31,309 nt of DNA from Terriglobia bacterium (GCA_030049455.1 JASIKV010000159.1:1-31309); one strand, 5' to 3'; positions 7,954 through 17,179 are shown, numbered from the stretch's first letter. The notes: a model not told the origin generated them from the letters alone. Made by a program: numbers and translations.

Positions 7954-8775
7954 ATGACCAACGCCAAAAAAGCCTATGAATCCGTCTCGAATCTGGACGC
8001 GGCGGACCAGGAGCGGCTGCTGCTCGAACAGCTTCCGCAGGTGCGTTACATTGCCCGCAGGATTCACGATCGCCTGCCCTCGCACATTCTCTATGAAGAT
8101 CTGGTGCAGGCGGGCATTCTGGGCCTCATCGAAGCGCTGCACAAATTCGATCCGGCCAAGAATGTGGAGCTCAAGACCTACGCGAAGCACCGCATTCAGG
8201 GTGCGATCCTCGACAGCCTGCGCGACCTTGACTGGAGCCCGCGCCCGCTGCGCAGGAAAGCCCGCCAACTGGAGCAGGCGCACCAACGCTTGCGGGCGCG
8301 CTACGGCCGCCCGGCCACGGAGCCCGAGCTGGCCATCGAGTTGGGGCTGGAGCTGAAAGAATTGCAGCGCCTGCTGGGCGACCTTCGTGGGCTTGACCTG
8401 GGCAGCCTGCACGACGAATTCACCGAGTCGGGGCAGGAGCGGGAAGCTTACGCCGCCTCCGCCCAGCGTGCCGACCAGGAGCCCTACTCGCAGTGTCTGG
8501 AGAGCGAGTTGCGCCAACTTCTGGGACGAGCCTTAAACGAACTTCAGCCGCGTGAGCGCCAAGTGCTCTCCCTTTACTATTTTGAGGAATTGACGATGAA
8601 GGAAGTAGGCGCGGTGTTGGGAGTGGGTGAGGCGCGAGTGTCGCAAATTCACTCCGCCGCGCTCGTCCGGCTGCGCGCCCGCATGCGCAGCCTGCTGGAT
8701 GGCGCGACAGCCCAGATGACCGGCGTGCCTCCCGCTCAAACCGGGCCGACGGAGAATGCATGGAGAAGATATTAA
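7954..8775 (+). CDS. fliA: RNA polymerase sigma-28 factor FliA/WhiG
   Basis: DLVQAGILGLIEALHKFDP, TYAKHRIQGAILDSLRDLDW, YYFEELTMKEVGAVLGVGEARVSQIHS. Confidence 0.96.
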   Translation: MTNAKKAYESVSNLDAADQERLLLEQLPQVRYIARRIHDRLPSHILYEDLVQAGILGLIEALHKFDPAKNVELKTYAKHRIQGAILDSLRDLDWSPRPLRRKARQLEQAHQRLRARYGRPATEPELAIELGLELKELQRLLGDLRGLDLGSLHDEFTESGQEREAYAASAQRADQEPYSQCLESELRQLLGRALNELQPRERQVLSLYYFEELTMKEVGAVLGVGEARVSQIHSAALVRLRARMRSLLDGATAQMTGVPPAQTGPTENAWRRY

Positions 8776-9764
8776 GCCAGGAAGAAATCGACACCCTATT
8801 TAAGGCAGCGCAGGGTCGAATGGCCGAAAAGCCCGGTCCTGGTCCAGCTCCGGCCGCCCCGGAGCCCAGCCTGACGGCCTGCAATTTCCGCCAGTCGGCG
8901 CGCATTTCCAAAGAGCAGCTCCGCTCGGTCAGCCAGTTGCACGAGCTTTTTGCGCGCAATCTCTCTCACTCGCTGGGAGCTTACCTACGTTTGGCCTTCG
9001 AAGTGAATCTTGTTTCCGCCGAGCAGCTCACTTATGGCGAATTCCTCCAACGCATCCCGGAAGTGACTTATCTGGTGTCCATGTCACTCCACCCCATGGA
9101 AGTTTCCACGGCCATCGAGATTGATCTCTCCCTGGCGTTTCCAGTGATTGACGTTCTGCTGGGGGGACCGGGACGGGCGGAGGCCGAGGTTCGCGAAATC
9201 ACAGAAATAGAGGAGCAGATTCTGGAAAGCGTAGTGAAGATTATCGGGCGCGAGCTCGAGACCACGTGGCAACCCGTGCTGGAGGCGCAATTCGCGTTCG
9301 ATAAGCGCCTGCGGCAGGCGGATATCACACGTCTGATGCCGCCCACGGAGAAAATTCTCTGCCTGAGCTTTGAAATCCGCATGCCGGAAGCGCGGGGAAT
9401 GCTGAACGTCGCGCTGCCCGCCGCCGTGGCCAACGCCCTTTTGCGCAAGCTCACGCAGCAGGCCTCTTACCGAAAGCAACGGGGCTCAACTGACAGCACA
9501 ACGCAATTGCGCCGGCGGCTTGACCATTGCACCTTTCCCGTCCAACTGGTTCTGGAGGGGCGGGGCGTGCGCATTTCGGAGGTTTTGACATTGAACCAGG
9601 GGGATGTGCTGAACCTGGAATGCTCGCTCAGCGTGCCGGCGCAACTGCTGGTGAGCGGCAAGCCGCTGTTCACCGCGCGCCCGGTTCGCACCAACCTGCG
9701 TCGCGCCGCGCAGGTGGAGGAGCGTGTGCACTCCCTCAACATGGTCCATAAGGAGGTTGTATGA
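8760..9764 (+). CDS. fliM: Flagellar motor switch protein FliM
   Basis: N-terminal CheY-P-binding motif LSQEEIDTLF, QLTYGEFL, GxxxIEE middle domain, C-terminal SpoA domain; overlaps the fliA end by 16 nt. Confidence 0.95.
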   Translation: MEKILSQEEIDTLFKAAQGRMAEKPGPGPAPAAPEPSLTACNFRQSARISKEQLRSVSQLHELFARNLSHSLGAYLRLAFEVNLVSAEQLTYGEFLQRIPEVTYLVSMSLHPMEVSTAIEIDLSLAFPVIDVLLGGPGRAEAEVREITEIEEQILESVVKIIGRELETTWQPVLEAQFAFDKRLRQADITRLMPPTEKILCLSFEIRMPEARGMLNVALPAAVANALLRKLTQQASYRKQRGSTDSTTQLRRRLDHCTFPVQLVLEGRGVRISEVLTLNQGDVLNLECSLSVPAQLLVSGKPLFTARPVRTNLRRAAQVEERVHSLNMVHKEVV

Positions 9765-10630
9765 GCGGGACAAATTCCGCCGCGCAGGAACCGAAGGTGC
9801 AGGAATACCTGAAGGCCTGGGGGGCGGCGATCAGCCGCATTCTGCACGATGTTGCGGGCACGCCGCATGCCTTCGCCGACCTTTCACCCGAAGCAACACA
9901 GGCCCTGCTCGAGCTCGCTGATGCTGACCGCGTCTCAGTTCAGTTTGAGGCTACGCAGCACCTATTGGGGTTTCAGGCATTTGTGTTGTCAAAGAATGAT
10001 GCCCTGCGGTTGGCGCAACTCCTGCTCGGGGAGCCGGAGGATGAAAATGCGGAGATGAAGGGCGGCCACCGCGACGCGGCCGGGGAATTGTTTCGCCAAT
10101 TCGCCGGGGCGGCCGCTCCCGCCCTGAAGGAATTGACAGGTGGTGAAGTCCTTTTCAGATGGGTGGGATTCGACCCGCTGCCCGGTCAGCCCGAGGTTCA
10201 TGCCGGAATGCAGTGGACCTGCGCAGGCAAAACCCCTTTCAGAATGGTGGCGCAGCTCAACCCGGCGCTGGTGGCGGCGCTGAGTCCCGCGCCGGCTGCC
10301 GCGCCCGCACCGCCGCTCGAACTGCCAATCCCCGCGCGTTCACAGGCGCCTGCCCCGCCCAGGCGCGATCCAAAGCTCGACCTTCTAATGGAGGTGGAGC
10401 TGGAAGTGTCGTTGCGATTCGGCGAGCGCCAGATGGCCCTGCGCGAAATTCTGGACTTGAGCGCCGGGTCGGTGGTGGAGCTTGACCAGAATGTTCAGGA
10501 TCCGGTGGAACTTCTCGTAGGCGAGAAAGTCGTGGCCCGCGGGCAGGTGGTGGTGGTGGACGGCAACTACGGGCTGCGGGTCGTGGAAATCATCAGTCCG
10601 ATGGAGAGGATCGAATCGCTGAAAAGCTGA
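9761..10630 (+). CDS. fliN: Flagellar motor switch protein FliN with an N-terminal CheC/FliY-like domain
   Basis: C-terminal LDLLMEVELEVSLRFG..GSVVELD..VVARGQVVVVDGNYGLRVVEI (FliN); about 190-aa N-terminal domain with DAAGELFRQFAG; Pro/Ala linker; ATGA overlap with fliM. Confidence 0.9.
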   Translation: MSGTNSAAQEPKVQEYLKAWGAAISRILHDVAGTPHAFADLSPEATQALLELADADRVSVQFEATQHLLGFQAFVLSKNDALRLAQLLLGEPEDENAEMKGGHRDAAGELFRQFAGAAAPALKELTGGEVLFRWVGFDPLPGQPEVHAGMQWTCAGKTPFRMVAQLNPALVAALSPAPAAAPAPPLELPIPARSQAPAPPRRDPKLDLLMEVELEVSLRFGERQMALREILDLSAGSVVELDQNVQDPVELLVGEKVVARGQVVVVDGNYGLRVVEIISPMERIESLKS

Positions 10631-10661
10631 TGGAATCGACAATCGAACAGATTACAGGATC

Positions 10662-10706
10662 GCAGCGGCGGTCCGTCGACCGGCGGCGCTCATAGCGTGC
10701 CGCTAC
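10662..10706. repeat. Degenerate REP-like doublet downstream of fliN
   Basis: GCAGCGGCGGTCCGTCGACCG followed by CGGCGCTCATAGCGTGCCGCTAC; the ends G(C)AGCGGC and GCCGCTAC are inverted. Confidence 0.5.
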
Positions 10707-10738
10707 GGCAAGACGCCTTACGGCCAAAGCCGGCCAGG

Positions 10739-11593
10739 ATGATTAAACCCGAACTTTTTGTCCGCAATTGCGAATTTCCGGATTGCCCCAATCACCGGGG
10801 GTTATGGCGATCTTTGCTCGAGCCCCAGCACGGATACACCCTGGAAGGCCGCTGGTATTGCACTCCCGAGTGTTTTGAAAATTCAGCGGCGCTGGCGATT
10901 CGCAAGTTGCTTGCAGGAATGGCGAAACCGCCGGGGAAAAGCCACCGCATACCCCTGGGATTGCTGATGCTTTCGCGCGGCATTGTGGATCAGGAGCAGC
11001 TCAAGCGAGCTTTGCAGGCTCAGAAGGATTCCGGCGGCGGGCGCGTGGGCGAATGGCTGCGCCACATCGGCGCGGCGAGCGAAGAGCAGGTGACGCAAAT
11101 CCTCGGGTTGCAATACTCGGCCGCAGTATTTCCGCTGGAGCGCAGCCGGCGGTACCTCGATTGTGCCCAAATGGTGCCGTTCCTCCTTCTGGAGGCGGCG
11201 GAGATGATTCCCGTCCATCACCTGCCCGCCAGCCGGCATCTGTATGTAGCCTTCGGCGACCGCATCAACCACTCGGCGCTTTACGCACTCGAAAAAATGC
11301 TGGCCTGCCGCACCGAACCATGCCTGGCAGTGAAATCGCAATTGCAGAAGGCCTTGGAGGACCTCCGCAATGCCCCGCGCGAGACGGAAGTGCTGGGCGG
11401 CGAAGCTTCCGACCCGGAAGAAATGGCCGGCACAATTTTTGACCACGCAGAAAGCCAATCCTCCACCGACGTGAAGATCAGCGGATTTGACGGTTTCGTA
11501 TGGGTCCGCTTAATTTCGCCACGCACTCACACCGACTTGCTTTTCCGAATCCCCAAAAAAACCAGCGTCATAACGATGGACCTGACGAGATGA
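10739..11593 (+). CDS. Cys-rich N-terminal domain plus MshEN/T2SSE-N-like domain protein, with no ATPase domain
   Basis: CEFPDC..WYCTPEC, then two 24-residue MshEN-type repeats PLGLLMLSRGIVDQEQLKRALQAQ and RVGEWLRHIGAASEEQVTQILGLQ; no Walker motifs. ATG 10739 preferred because GTG 10697 lies inside the REP element. Confidence 0.75.
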   Translation: MIKPELFVRNCEFPDCPNHRGLWRSLLEPQHGYTLEGRWYCTPECFENSAALAIRKLLAGMAKPPGKSHRIPLGLLMLSRGIVDQEQLKRALQAQKDSGGGRVGEWLRHIGAASEEQVTQILGLQYSAAVFPLERSRRYLDCAQMVPFLLLEAAEMIPVHHLPASRHLYVAFGDRINHSALYALEKMLACRTEPCLAVKSQLQKALEDLRNAPRETEVLGGEASDPEEMAGTIFDHAESQSSTDVKISGFDGFVWVRLISPRTHTDLLFRIPKKTSVITMDLTR

Positions 11594-11773
11594 GGCTTTA
11601 GCGCGCGCTCTCCGTACGTCAGACGACGGTTGCGGCCATCCCAGGCGTGCGCATGGGCTGGAAGGTCATGCCACTACTGGCAAAATCTCCTTCCCTTTTT
11701 TCCCGATGCGCGGTAGTACTTTGCAGGAAAGCTTGCAGTGCGGCCAGCATGTGCAGTCATGGGGGACACGGAA

Positions 11774-14290
11774 ATGAAACTCAGTTTCGAAAACTTCGTT
11801 GGAAGGACCTTTATTCTCGCCTTTATGGCAATGATCGGGTCTTGGAGTCTTGGGCAAACACCTGCGACCGCGCCTTACAACATCCTGCTGCTCACACCCG
11901 ACCAGATGGGCGCGGACTTCATGCATCTCTACGGCTATCCTTACGCCGACACTCCCAACATCGACGAAATGGCGCGGGACGGAGTGGTTTTCACGCGCGC
12001 CTACTCGGCGGGCAGTTGGACCACGCCTTCGTTCGGGGCAATTCTCACCGGAATGTTCCCAACGGTTCACGGCATGACGCTGGCGCCGCCGGATGGTTGC
12101 CATGGCCCGATCAGGGCCTCGCTGCTCGATGGAAAGGTTCCGCCCCTGCCGGAATACTTGGTCCTGTCACCTCAAAAGCTGGTTCTGTCCCAGCTTCTGA
12201 AGCCTTATGGATTTGCCACGGCTGCGGATATTGCCAATTGCTGGGCAATCTGGGACGTGGCCTCGCGCAATTGGGACGACCTGAAGCTTTTCACTGTCGA
12301 TCAATTCAAGGACCCGGCGTTTCCGAACCCCACGGACCCGCATTACCTGCCTGCCCCGCGCACTTTTGCCTGGGCGCAGCAATGGCTGACCGCGCACCGC
12401 GACCAGCGATTTTTTTTCTGGCTGCATTTCATTGAGCCGCACTCTCCCTACAACCCGCCGCACGAATACGACCAGTTCAAGACCCCGGACGATTATCCGG
12501 AGCTGTATCACGATAATCCGCGGGATATGCATGAATTGAACACTCGCGCGCTGCTGGGTGATGCGCGAGCCATCGCCCGCCTGCGCCAGCTCTATGCCGG
12601 AAAAATTCTCTACGCGGACCACTACCTCGGCGAGGTGTTCAAAACCCTTAAATCGCTCGACCTGATGAAGAACACCATCGTAATTTTGGTTTCCGATCAC
12701 GGCGAGCTGATGTATTCGCACCCGGCGGACTTCAACACGGCTGACCACCGCTCGGTCTACGACAAGGTGCAGCACGTTCCGCTGATCATTTGGGGGCCGG
12801 ACATCCCGCGGGGCCGCCGCGTGGATGCGCTCGCCGCGCAATATGACTTGCTGCCCACGATTTTCGACCTGGAAGGGCTCACTATCCCCAAGCAAGCCGA
12901 CGGCAAAAGCCTGAAGCCCCTACTTGATGGAACCGCCAGTGAGGTGAATCGCTATGTCTATGGAGAGGACATGCTGCTCGAACCGCAATACTCGATTCGC
13001 AGCGAGCGCTACAAGTTGATTGAAACCATGCGCACCGGCGGCATCCAGTGCTTCGACCTGCTCACCGACCCGGGCGAGACGCAGGACATTTGTGACGCTC
13101 TTCCCGGTGTGGCGGCGGAACTGAAGCAGGCGCTTGACGCTCATCTACAATACATGGTTTCGAAGGCGCATTCGTTTTCCGATTGGGAAAACAACCAGGC
13201 CCTGGCTGTGGTGGAGCAGCGGGACTCAAAGCCCTTGCAGTACGTTTCGCCGGACGACATCACCAGCAACGCCTCGGCGGGCGGCGTCCTTACTCAAGTC
13301 AATGGCGCCTTGTGGTCGCTGACCAAAGGCCCCACCAATTGCCGCGATGAATGTCTGTGGGCGCCACCGGGCCCGGACACTGCACGCGTCGTGTGGCGGA
13401 CCGATACTCCGCTGACCGGCGATTACGAAATCTCCATCTGGTACGGAAGCGTGGCGCAGACGGATTGGCCATTGGCCAGGGATGCAAACTACGTCGTGCA
13501 CTATCGCGGGGGAAGTCTCGCTTTTCCCGTTGACGAAAATGTCAAACAGGGCCAGTGGAATCTTCTCGGCACGTTTCACGACCCGGTGGATTTGGAGTTG
13601 ACCAATCGCGCCAACGGCATTGTCGTCGCCGGAGCGGCGAAGTTCACACTGGTCTCGGCAAAGCCTGACCAGCCGAAAACCAATTTGCTCGCCTCCGATC
13701 CCGCAGGCTGGGTGGATTTGACGCCGCGCAATAACTTAAAGGGCTGGACGCGCGTGGCCATTCCTCCGGACAAGCCCGTAGATCCCTTGGTTCAGTGGAA
13801 GATCGAAAAGGGCAAAGGCGTTCTGCTCTGCGAGGGAAATCACGGCCACGAATGGCTGCGCTATGATCACGAGCTCGTCAATTTTCTGCTGCACGTGGAG
13901 TGGCGCTTTGAGGCGGACCCGCGAGGCAAAGGATATAACAGCGGAATCTTTGTGCGCAACGACCTGACGGGAAAAGTGTGGCACCAGGCGCAGGTTGGCG
14001 AGAATCCTTATATTTTTGGCCAGACGCTCGTGCACGGCGAAATCGGATCCATGTTCAAGACGCCGAACCCCGCCCTGAATCCTCTGCACCCCATCGGCGA
14101 ATGGAATACGTATGAAATCCGCTGCGATGGGCCGAAAATTACGCTATGGGTGAATGGCGACCTGACCGGCGAATACGATGTTCCGGAAGTTCTCAAAGGC
14201 TATTGGGGGTTGGAGGCAGAGGGTTATCACATCGAGTTTAGAAATATTAAACTAAAAACCTACCTTAACTTAAATATTTCCAAGTGCTAA
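11774..14290 (+). CDS. Secreted sulfatase-like hydrolase fused to a CBM-like beta domain and a DUF1080 (3-keto-glycoside hydratase-like) domain
   Basis: Signal-peptide-like N-terminus; NILLLTPDQ, SWTTPSFGAILTG, HFIEPHSPY, SDHG, VPLII (sulfatase/alkaline phosphatase superfamily). GDYEISIWY..ANYVV..GQWNLLGTF (golvesin/xanthan-lyase CBM-like). EWR..NSGIF, GEWNTYEI, WVNG, FRNIKLK (DUF1080). ATG 11774 chosen; it follows a purine-rich RBS-like stretch. Confidence 0.82.
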   Translation: MKLSFENFVGRTFILAFMAMIGSWSLGQTPATAPYNILLLTPDQMGADFMHLYGYPYADTPNIDEMARDGVVFTRAYSAGSWTTPSFGAILTGMFPTVHGMTLAPPDGCHGPIRASLLDGKVPPLPEYLVLSPQKLVLSQLLKPYGFATAADIANCWAIWDVASRNWDDLKLFTVDQFKDPAFPNPTDPHYLPAPRTFAWAQQWLTAHRDQRFFFWLHFIEPHSPYNPPHEYDQFKTPDDYPELYHDNPRDMHELNTRALLGDARAIARLRQLYAGKILYADHYLGEVFKTLKSLDLMKNTIVILVSDHGELMYSHPADFNTADHRSVYDKVQHVPLIIWGPDIPRGRRVDALAAQYDLLPTIFDLEGLTIPKQADGKSLKPLLDGTASEVNRYVYGEDMLLEPQYSIRSERYKLIETMRTGGIQCFDLLTDPGETQDICDALPGVAAELKQALDAHLQYMVSKAHSFSDWENNQALAVVEQRDSKPLQYVSPDDITSNASAGGVLTQVNGALWSLTKGPTNCRDECLWAPPGPDTARVVWRTDTPLTGDYEISIWYGSVAQTDWPLARDANYVVHYRGGSLAFPVDENVKQGQWNLLGTFHDPVDLELTNRANGIVVAGAAKFTLVSAKPDQPKTNLLASDPAGWVDLTPRNNLKGWTRVAIPPDKPVDPLVQWKIEKGKGVLLCEGNHGHEWLRYDHELVNFLLHVEWRFEADPRGKGYNSGIFVRNDLTGKVWHQAQVGENPYIFGQTLVHGEIGSMFKTPNPALNPLHPIGEWNTYEIRCDGPKITLWVNGDLTGEYDVPEVLKGYWGLEAEGYHIEFRNIKLKTYLNLNISKC

Positions 14291-14308
14291 ATAAGGGCGC
14301 CAAGTCGC

Positions 14309-16345
14309 TCACCAAATCACGCATCGCTCTTCACGCACCATGGGGTCGCCCGCCTTGCAGCCAAAGGCCTGCTGAAAGGGCTCCAGATTGGAGGGCGCGG
14401 CGATCGCCCGAATGTTGTGGAGCGGGTGGGGATCCGTATTGACGCGCAGCCGGATGAATTCCGGCCGGTCGTTACCCGCCCAGATCTGCGCGAAAGAGAG
14501 GAAAAAGCGCTGCTCCGCCGTGAGGCCGTCAATTGGCTTGGGGTGGGGCTCCCCTTCAAGACTCTTCTGGTACGCCTTGTAGGCGATGGTCAAGCCTCCC
14601 AGGTCCGCAATGCTTTCTCCCAGCACCAGCTTGCCTTTTTCGTGAATGTCGTCGATGGCCACGTAGGCGTCAAACTGCCTCTCGACGCACGCGGCACGCT
14701 CCTCGAAATTCTTCAAGTCCTCAGCCGTCCACCAGTCCACGCGATTGCCCTTGCCGTCGAATTTGCGGCCCTCATCGTCGAAGCCGTGGGTCATTTCATG
14801 CCCGATTACCGCGCCGATGCCGCCGTAATTCGACGCGTCATCGGCCTTCGGATCGAAAAAGGGCGGTTGCAGGATGCCTGCCGGAAAAACAATTTCATTC
14901 ATCGAAGGATTGTAATAGGCATTGACGGTGGGCGGCGTCATACCCCATTCCGTGCGGTCCACGGGCTTGCCAAGCTTGTCGAGCGAACGGTGAAATTCAT
15001 ACAAATCGCCGCGCAGGGCGTTCTCAACATACGGACCGCGGTCCACTTTGAACGCGGAATAGTCGCGCCACTTGTCCGGATATCCGATCTTTGGAGTGAA
15101 AGCGTCCAGCTTGGCAAGGGCAGCCTTCTTGGTTTCCGGGCCCATCCACGACAGAGTCTGGATGTCTTCGCGCAATGCCGTGATGAGGTTGTGCACCATC
15201 TTGTCGGCGCGGGCCTTGGCCTCGGGCGGAAATTCCTTCTTGACGTACAGCTTGCCGAGGGCAAAGCCCAGCCGGCGATTCGTGGCCTCAACGCAGCGCT
15301 TCCAGCGCGGCTGCATTTTTTCCGTGCCTTGCAGGGTGCGGCTCTGAAAATCAAAACTTTCCTCCTCAAATTTTCCGGGAAGCGCAGGCGCGGCGGCCGA
15401 GATCAAATGCCAGCGCAGGTAGGTTTTCCAGTCGTCCAGCGGCACCGAGTTCAGCAGGTCGTTCAGGCTGGTGAAGAATTTCGGCTGTCCGACGTTAACC
15501 TCTTTTACCTGGGGATACCCGATATCGACCAGGTACCCTTGCCAGGAGAGATTGGGCGTCAGATCCTGCAGTTCCGCCAGAGTCATCTTGTGATAGGTCG
15601 CGTCAGGATCACGCATTTCGATGCGACTCATGGCAGACTGGGCGAGCTTGGTCTCAAGCCCCATCACCATTTTGGATTCAGCGCCTGCATGGTCCTCACT
15701 GTCGCCCAGCAGAACAAACATTTTGGCGATGTGCTTTGCGTATGCGTCGCGAATTTTTTGAGATTTTTCGTCTTCGCGGAAGTAATACCCGCGCTCGGGC
15801 AAACCCATTCCGGCCTGGGAAGCGCTGGCGAGCATTTGAGTGCTGTCTTTGCGATCCTGTTGCGCCGAAAATCTGAAAGGCACGGCGGCGCCGTAACCCT
15901 GCAAGCGTGAAAATTCCTTCTCAAGCGCTGGCACGTCGTCAATTTGGGCAATTCGGTCGAATTCCTGCTGAAGCGGCTTGGTTCCTTCGCTTTCGATTTT
16001 CTCCGTATCCATGCAGCTCGCGTAGAAATCACCTATTTTCTGTTCATCGCTTCCGGTGGAAGCGTTCGTCTGACTGGCCGCAGTCTCCAGAATCTGGTGG
16101 AGCGTATCATCGCTGCGGTCGGCAAGCTCGCGGAACGTTCCATAGCTTGCATCTTCCGGCGGGATCGGGTGCGAAGCCATCCAGCCGCCGTTGGCGTATC
16201 GATTGAAATCCACGCACGCAGAGACCTGGGTGTCCATGTACGCCGGATTCACGCCGTGTCCATTCCCATCGCTCACGGGTGTAGCGAAGGCGAGTGAAAT
16301 GGTCAGAAAAATTGCGGCTCCAATAATGGCTTTAAGGGGTTTCAT
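14309..16345 (-). CDS. M13 family zinc metallopeptidase (neprilysin/PepO-like), secreted
   Basis: Signal peptide, CVDFNRYANGGW, VNAYY, FPAGILQPPFF, HEMTH, GESIADLGG, DPHP. Confidence 0.97.
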   Translation of the reverse strand: MKPLKAIIGAAIFLTISLAFATPVSDGNGHGVNPAYMDTQVSACVDFNRYANGGWMASHPIPPEDASYGTFRELADRSDDTLHQILETAASQTNASTGSDEQKIGDFYASCMDTEKIESEGTKPLQQEFDRIAQIDDVPALEKEFSRLQGYGAAVPFRFSAQQDRKDSTQMLASASQAGMGLPERGYYFREDEKSQKIRDAYAKHIAKMFVLLGDSEDHAGAESKMVMGLETKLAQSAMSRIEMRDPDATYHKMTLAELQDLTPNLSWQGYLVDIGYPQVKEVNVGQPKFFTSLNDLLNSVPLDDWKTYLRWHLISAAAPALPGKFEEESFDFQSRTLQGTEKMQPRWKRCVEATNRRLGFALGKLYVKKEFPPEAKARADKMVHNLITALREDIQTLSWMGPETKKAALAKLDAFTPKIGYPDKWRDYSAFKVDRGPYVENALRGDLYEFHRSLDKLGKPVDRTEWGMTPPTVNAYYNPSMNEIVFPAGILQPPFFDPKADDASNYGGIGAVIGHEMTHGFDDEGRKFDGKGNRVDWWTAEDLKNFEERAACVERQFDAYVAIDDIHEKGKLVLGESIADLGGLTIAYKAYQKSLEGEPHPKPIDGLTAEQRFFLSFAQIWAGNDRPEFIRLRVNTDPHPLHNIRAIAAPSNLEPFQQAFGCKAGDPMVREERCVIW

Positions 16346-16411
16346 AATGGAATCCTTGTTGCGAAGATTGCCGTCGCATTTCCGGACCGGGAACGGATCC
16401 GCGGCAGCGGT

Positions 16412-16440
16412 ATCCTAGCAATTCGCAATTGGGTTGGCAA
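16412..16440 (-). promoter_or_regulatory. Candidate sigma70 promoter for the M13 peptidase gene
   Basis: Minus strand TTGCCA-N17-TAGGAT, with an extended -10 TG (TGCTAGGAT), about 65 nt upstream of the ATG. Confidence 0.55.
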
Positions 16441-16480
16441 TCGAGACTTGATTCACGTGCCCCTGGGGGAGGCCAGCGAT

Positions 16481-17179
16481 TCAGGAATGCAGAAAATCGC
16501 GAATCTCGTGCAAAACCCTCCTGAACATTTCTGCGGTTAATCGGCCGGTCTGCGTGTTTTGCTGGCTGGGGTGATAAGAGCAAAACAGGCGCGGCAGTCC
16601 CGCGGGCAACTCCAAACTCGCGCCGTGCGCAAAAGTCAGGTTCTGCGGTCGAATGAAATCCGATCGGCCACCGAGGACGCGCAGATAGGAATCAAACGCA
16701 ATCCGTCCGAGCGCCAGAACGGCCCGCACTCGCTTTAGGATTTCTAGTTCCCGTTCCAGATACGGTTGGCAGTTGCGCAATTCGTCAGGAGCAGGCTTAT
16801 TTGCCGGAGGCGCGCAGCGAATGGACGCCGTAATGTAGCAGTTGCGAAGCTTGAGGCCGTCATTTCGATCGCGCGCCGTGGGCTGGCTGGCAAATCCGGC
16901 ATCATAAAGCGCCGGATATAGAAACTCGCCGGAACGATCACCAGTGAACATTCGTCCTGTCCGGTTCGATCCGTGTGCCCCCGGAGCCAAGCCGAGGATC
17001 AAGAGTTCAGCCTGCGAATCGCCGAACCCCGGCACCGGTTTGCCCCAATAAACCCAATCGCGATACATGCGCCGCTTTTCCTTTGCAACGCGGCGGCAGT
17101 AGGCGATGAGCTTTGAGCAACGCGTGCAGGCGATCACCTGCTTGTTAAGGAGCGTCAATTCGCGAGCCGCAACGGTCAT
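16481..17179 (-). CDS. Uracil-DNA glycosylase, family 5 (UdgB-like, 4Fe-4S)
   Basis: CTRC, GLAPGAHGSNRTGRMFTGDRSG, RCAPPANKP, ELRNC, SYHPSQQNTQTG. Start ATG 17179 (alternative 17212). Confidence 0.93.
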   Translation of the reverse strand: MTVAARELTLLNKQVIACTRCSKLIAYCRRVAKEKRRMYRDWVYWGKPVPGFGDSQAELLILGLAPGAHGSNRTGRMFTGDRSGEFLYPALYDAGFASQPTARDRNDGLKLRNCYITASIRCAPPANKPAPDELRNCQPYLERELEILKRVRAVLALGRIAFDSYLRVLGGRSDFIRPQNLTFAHGASLELPAGLPRLFCSYHPSQQNTQTGRLTAEMFRRVLHEIRDFLHS

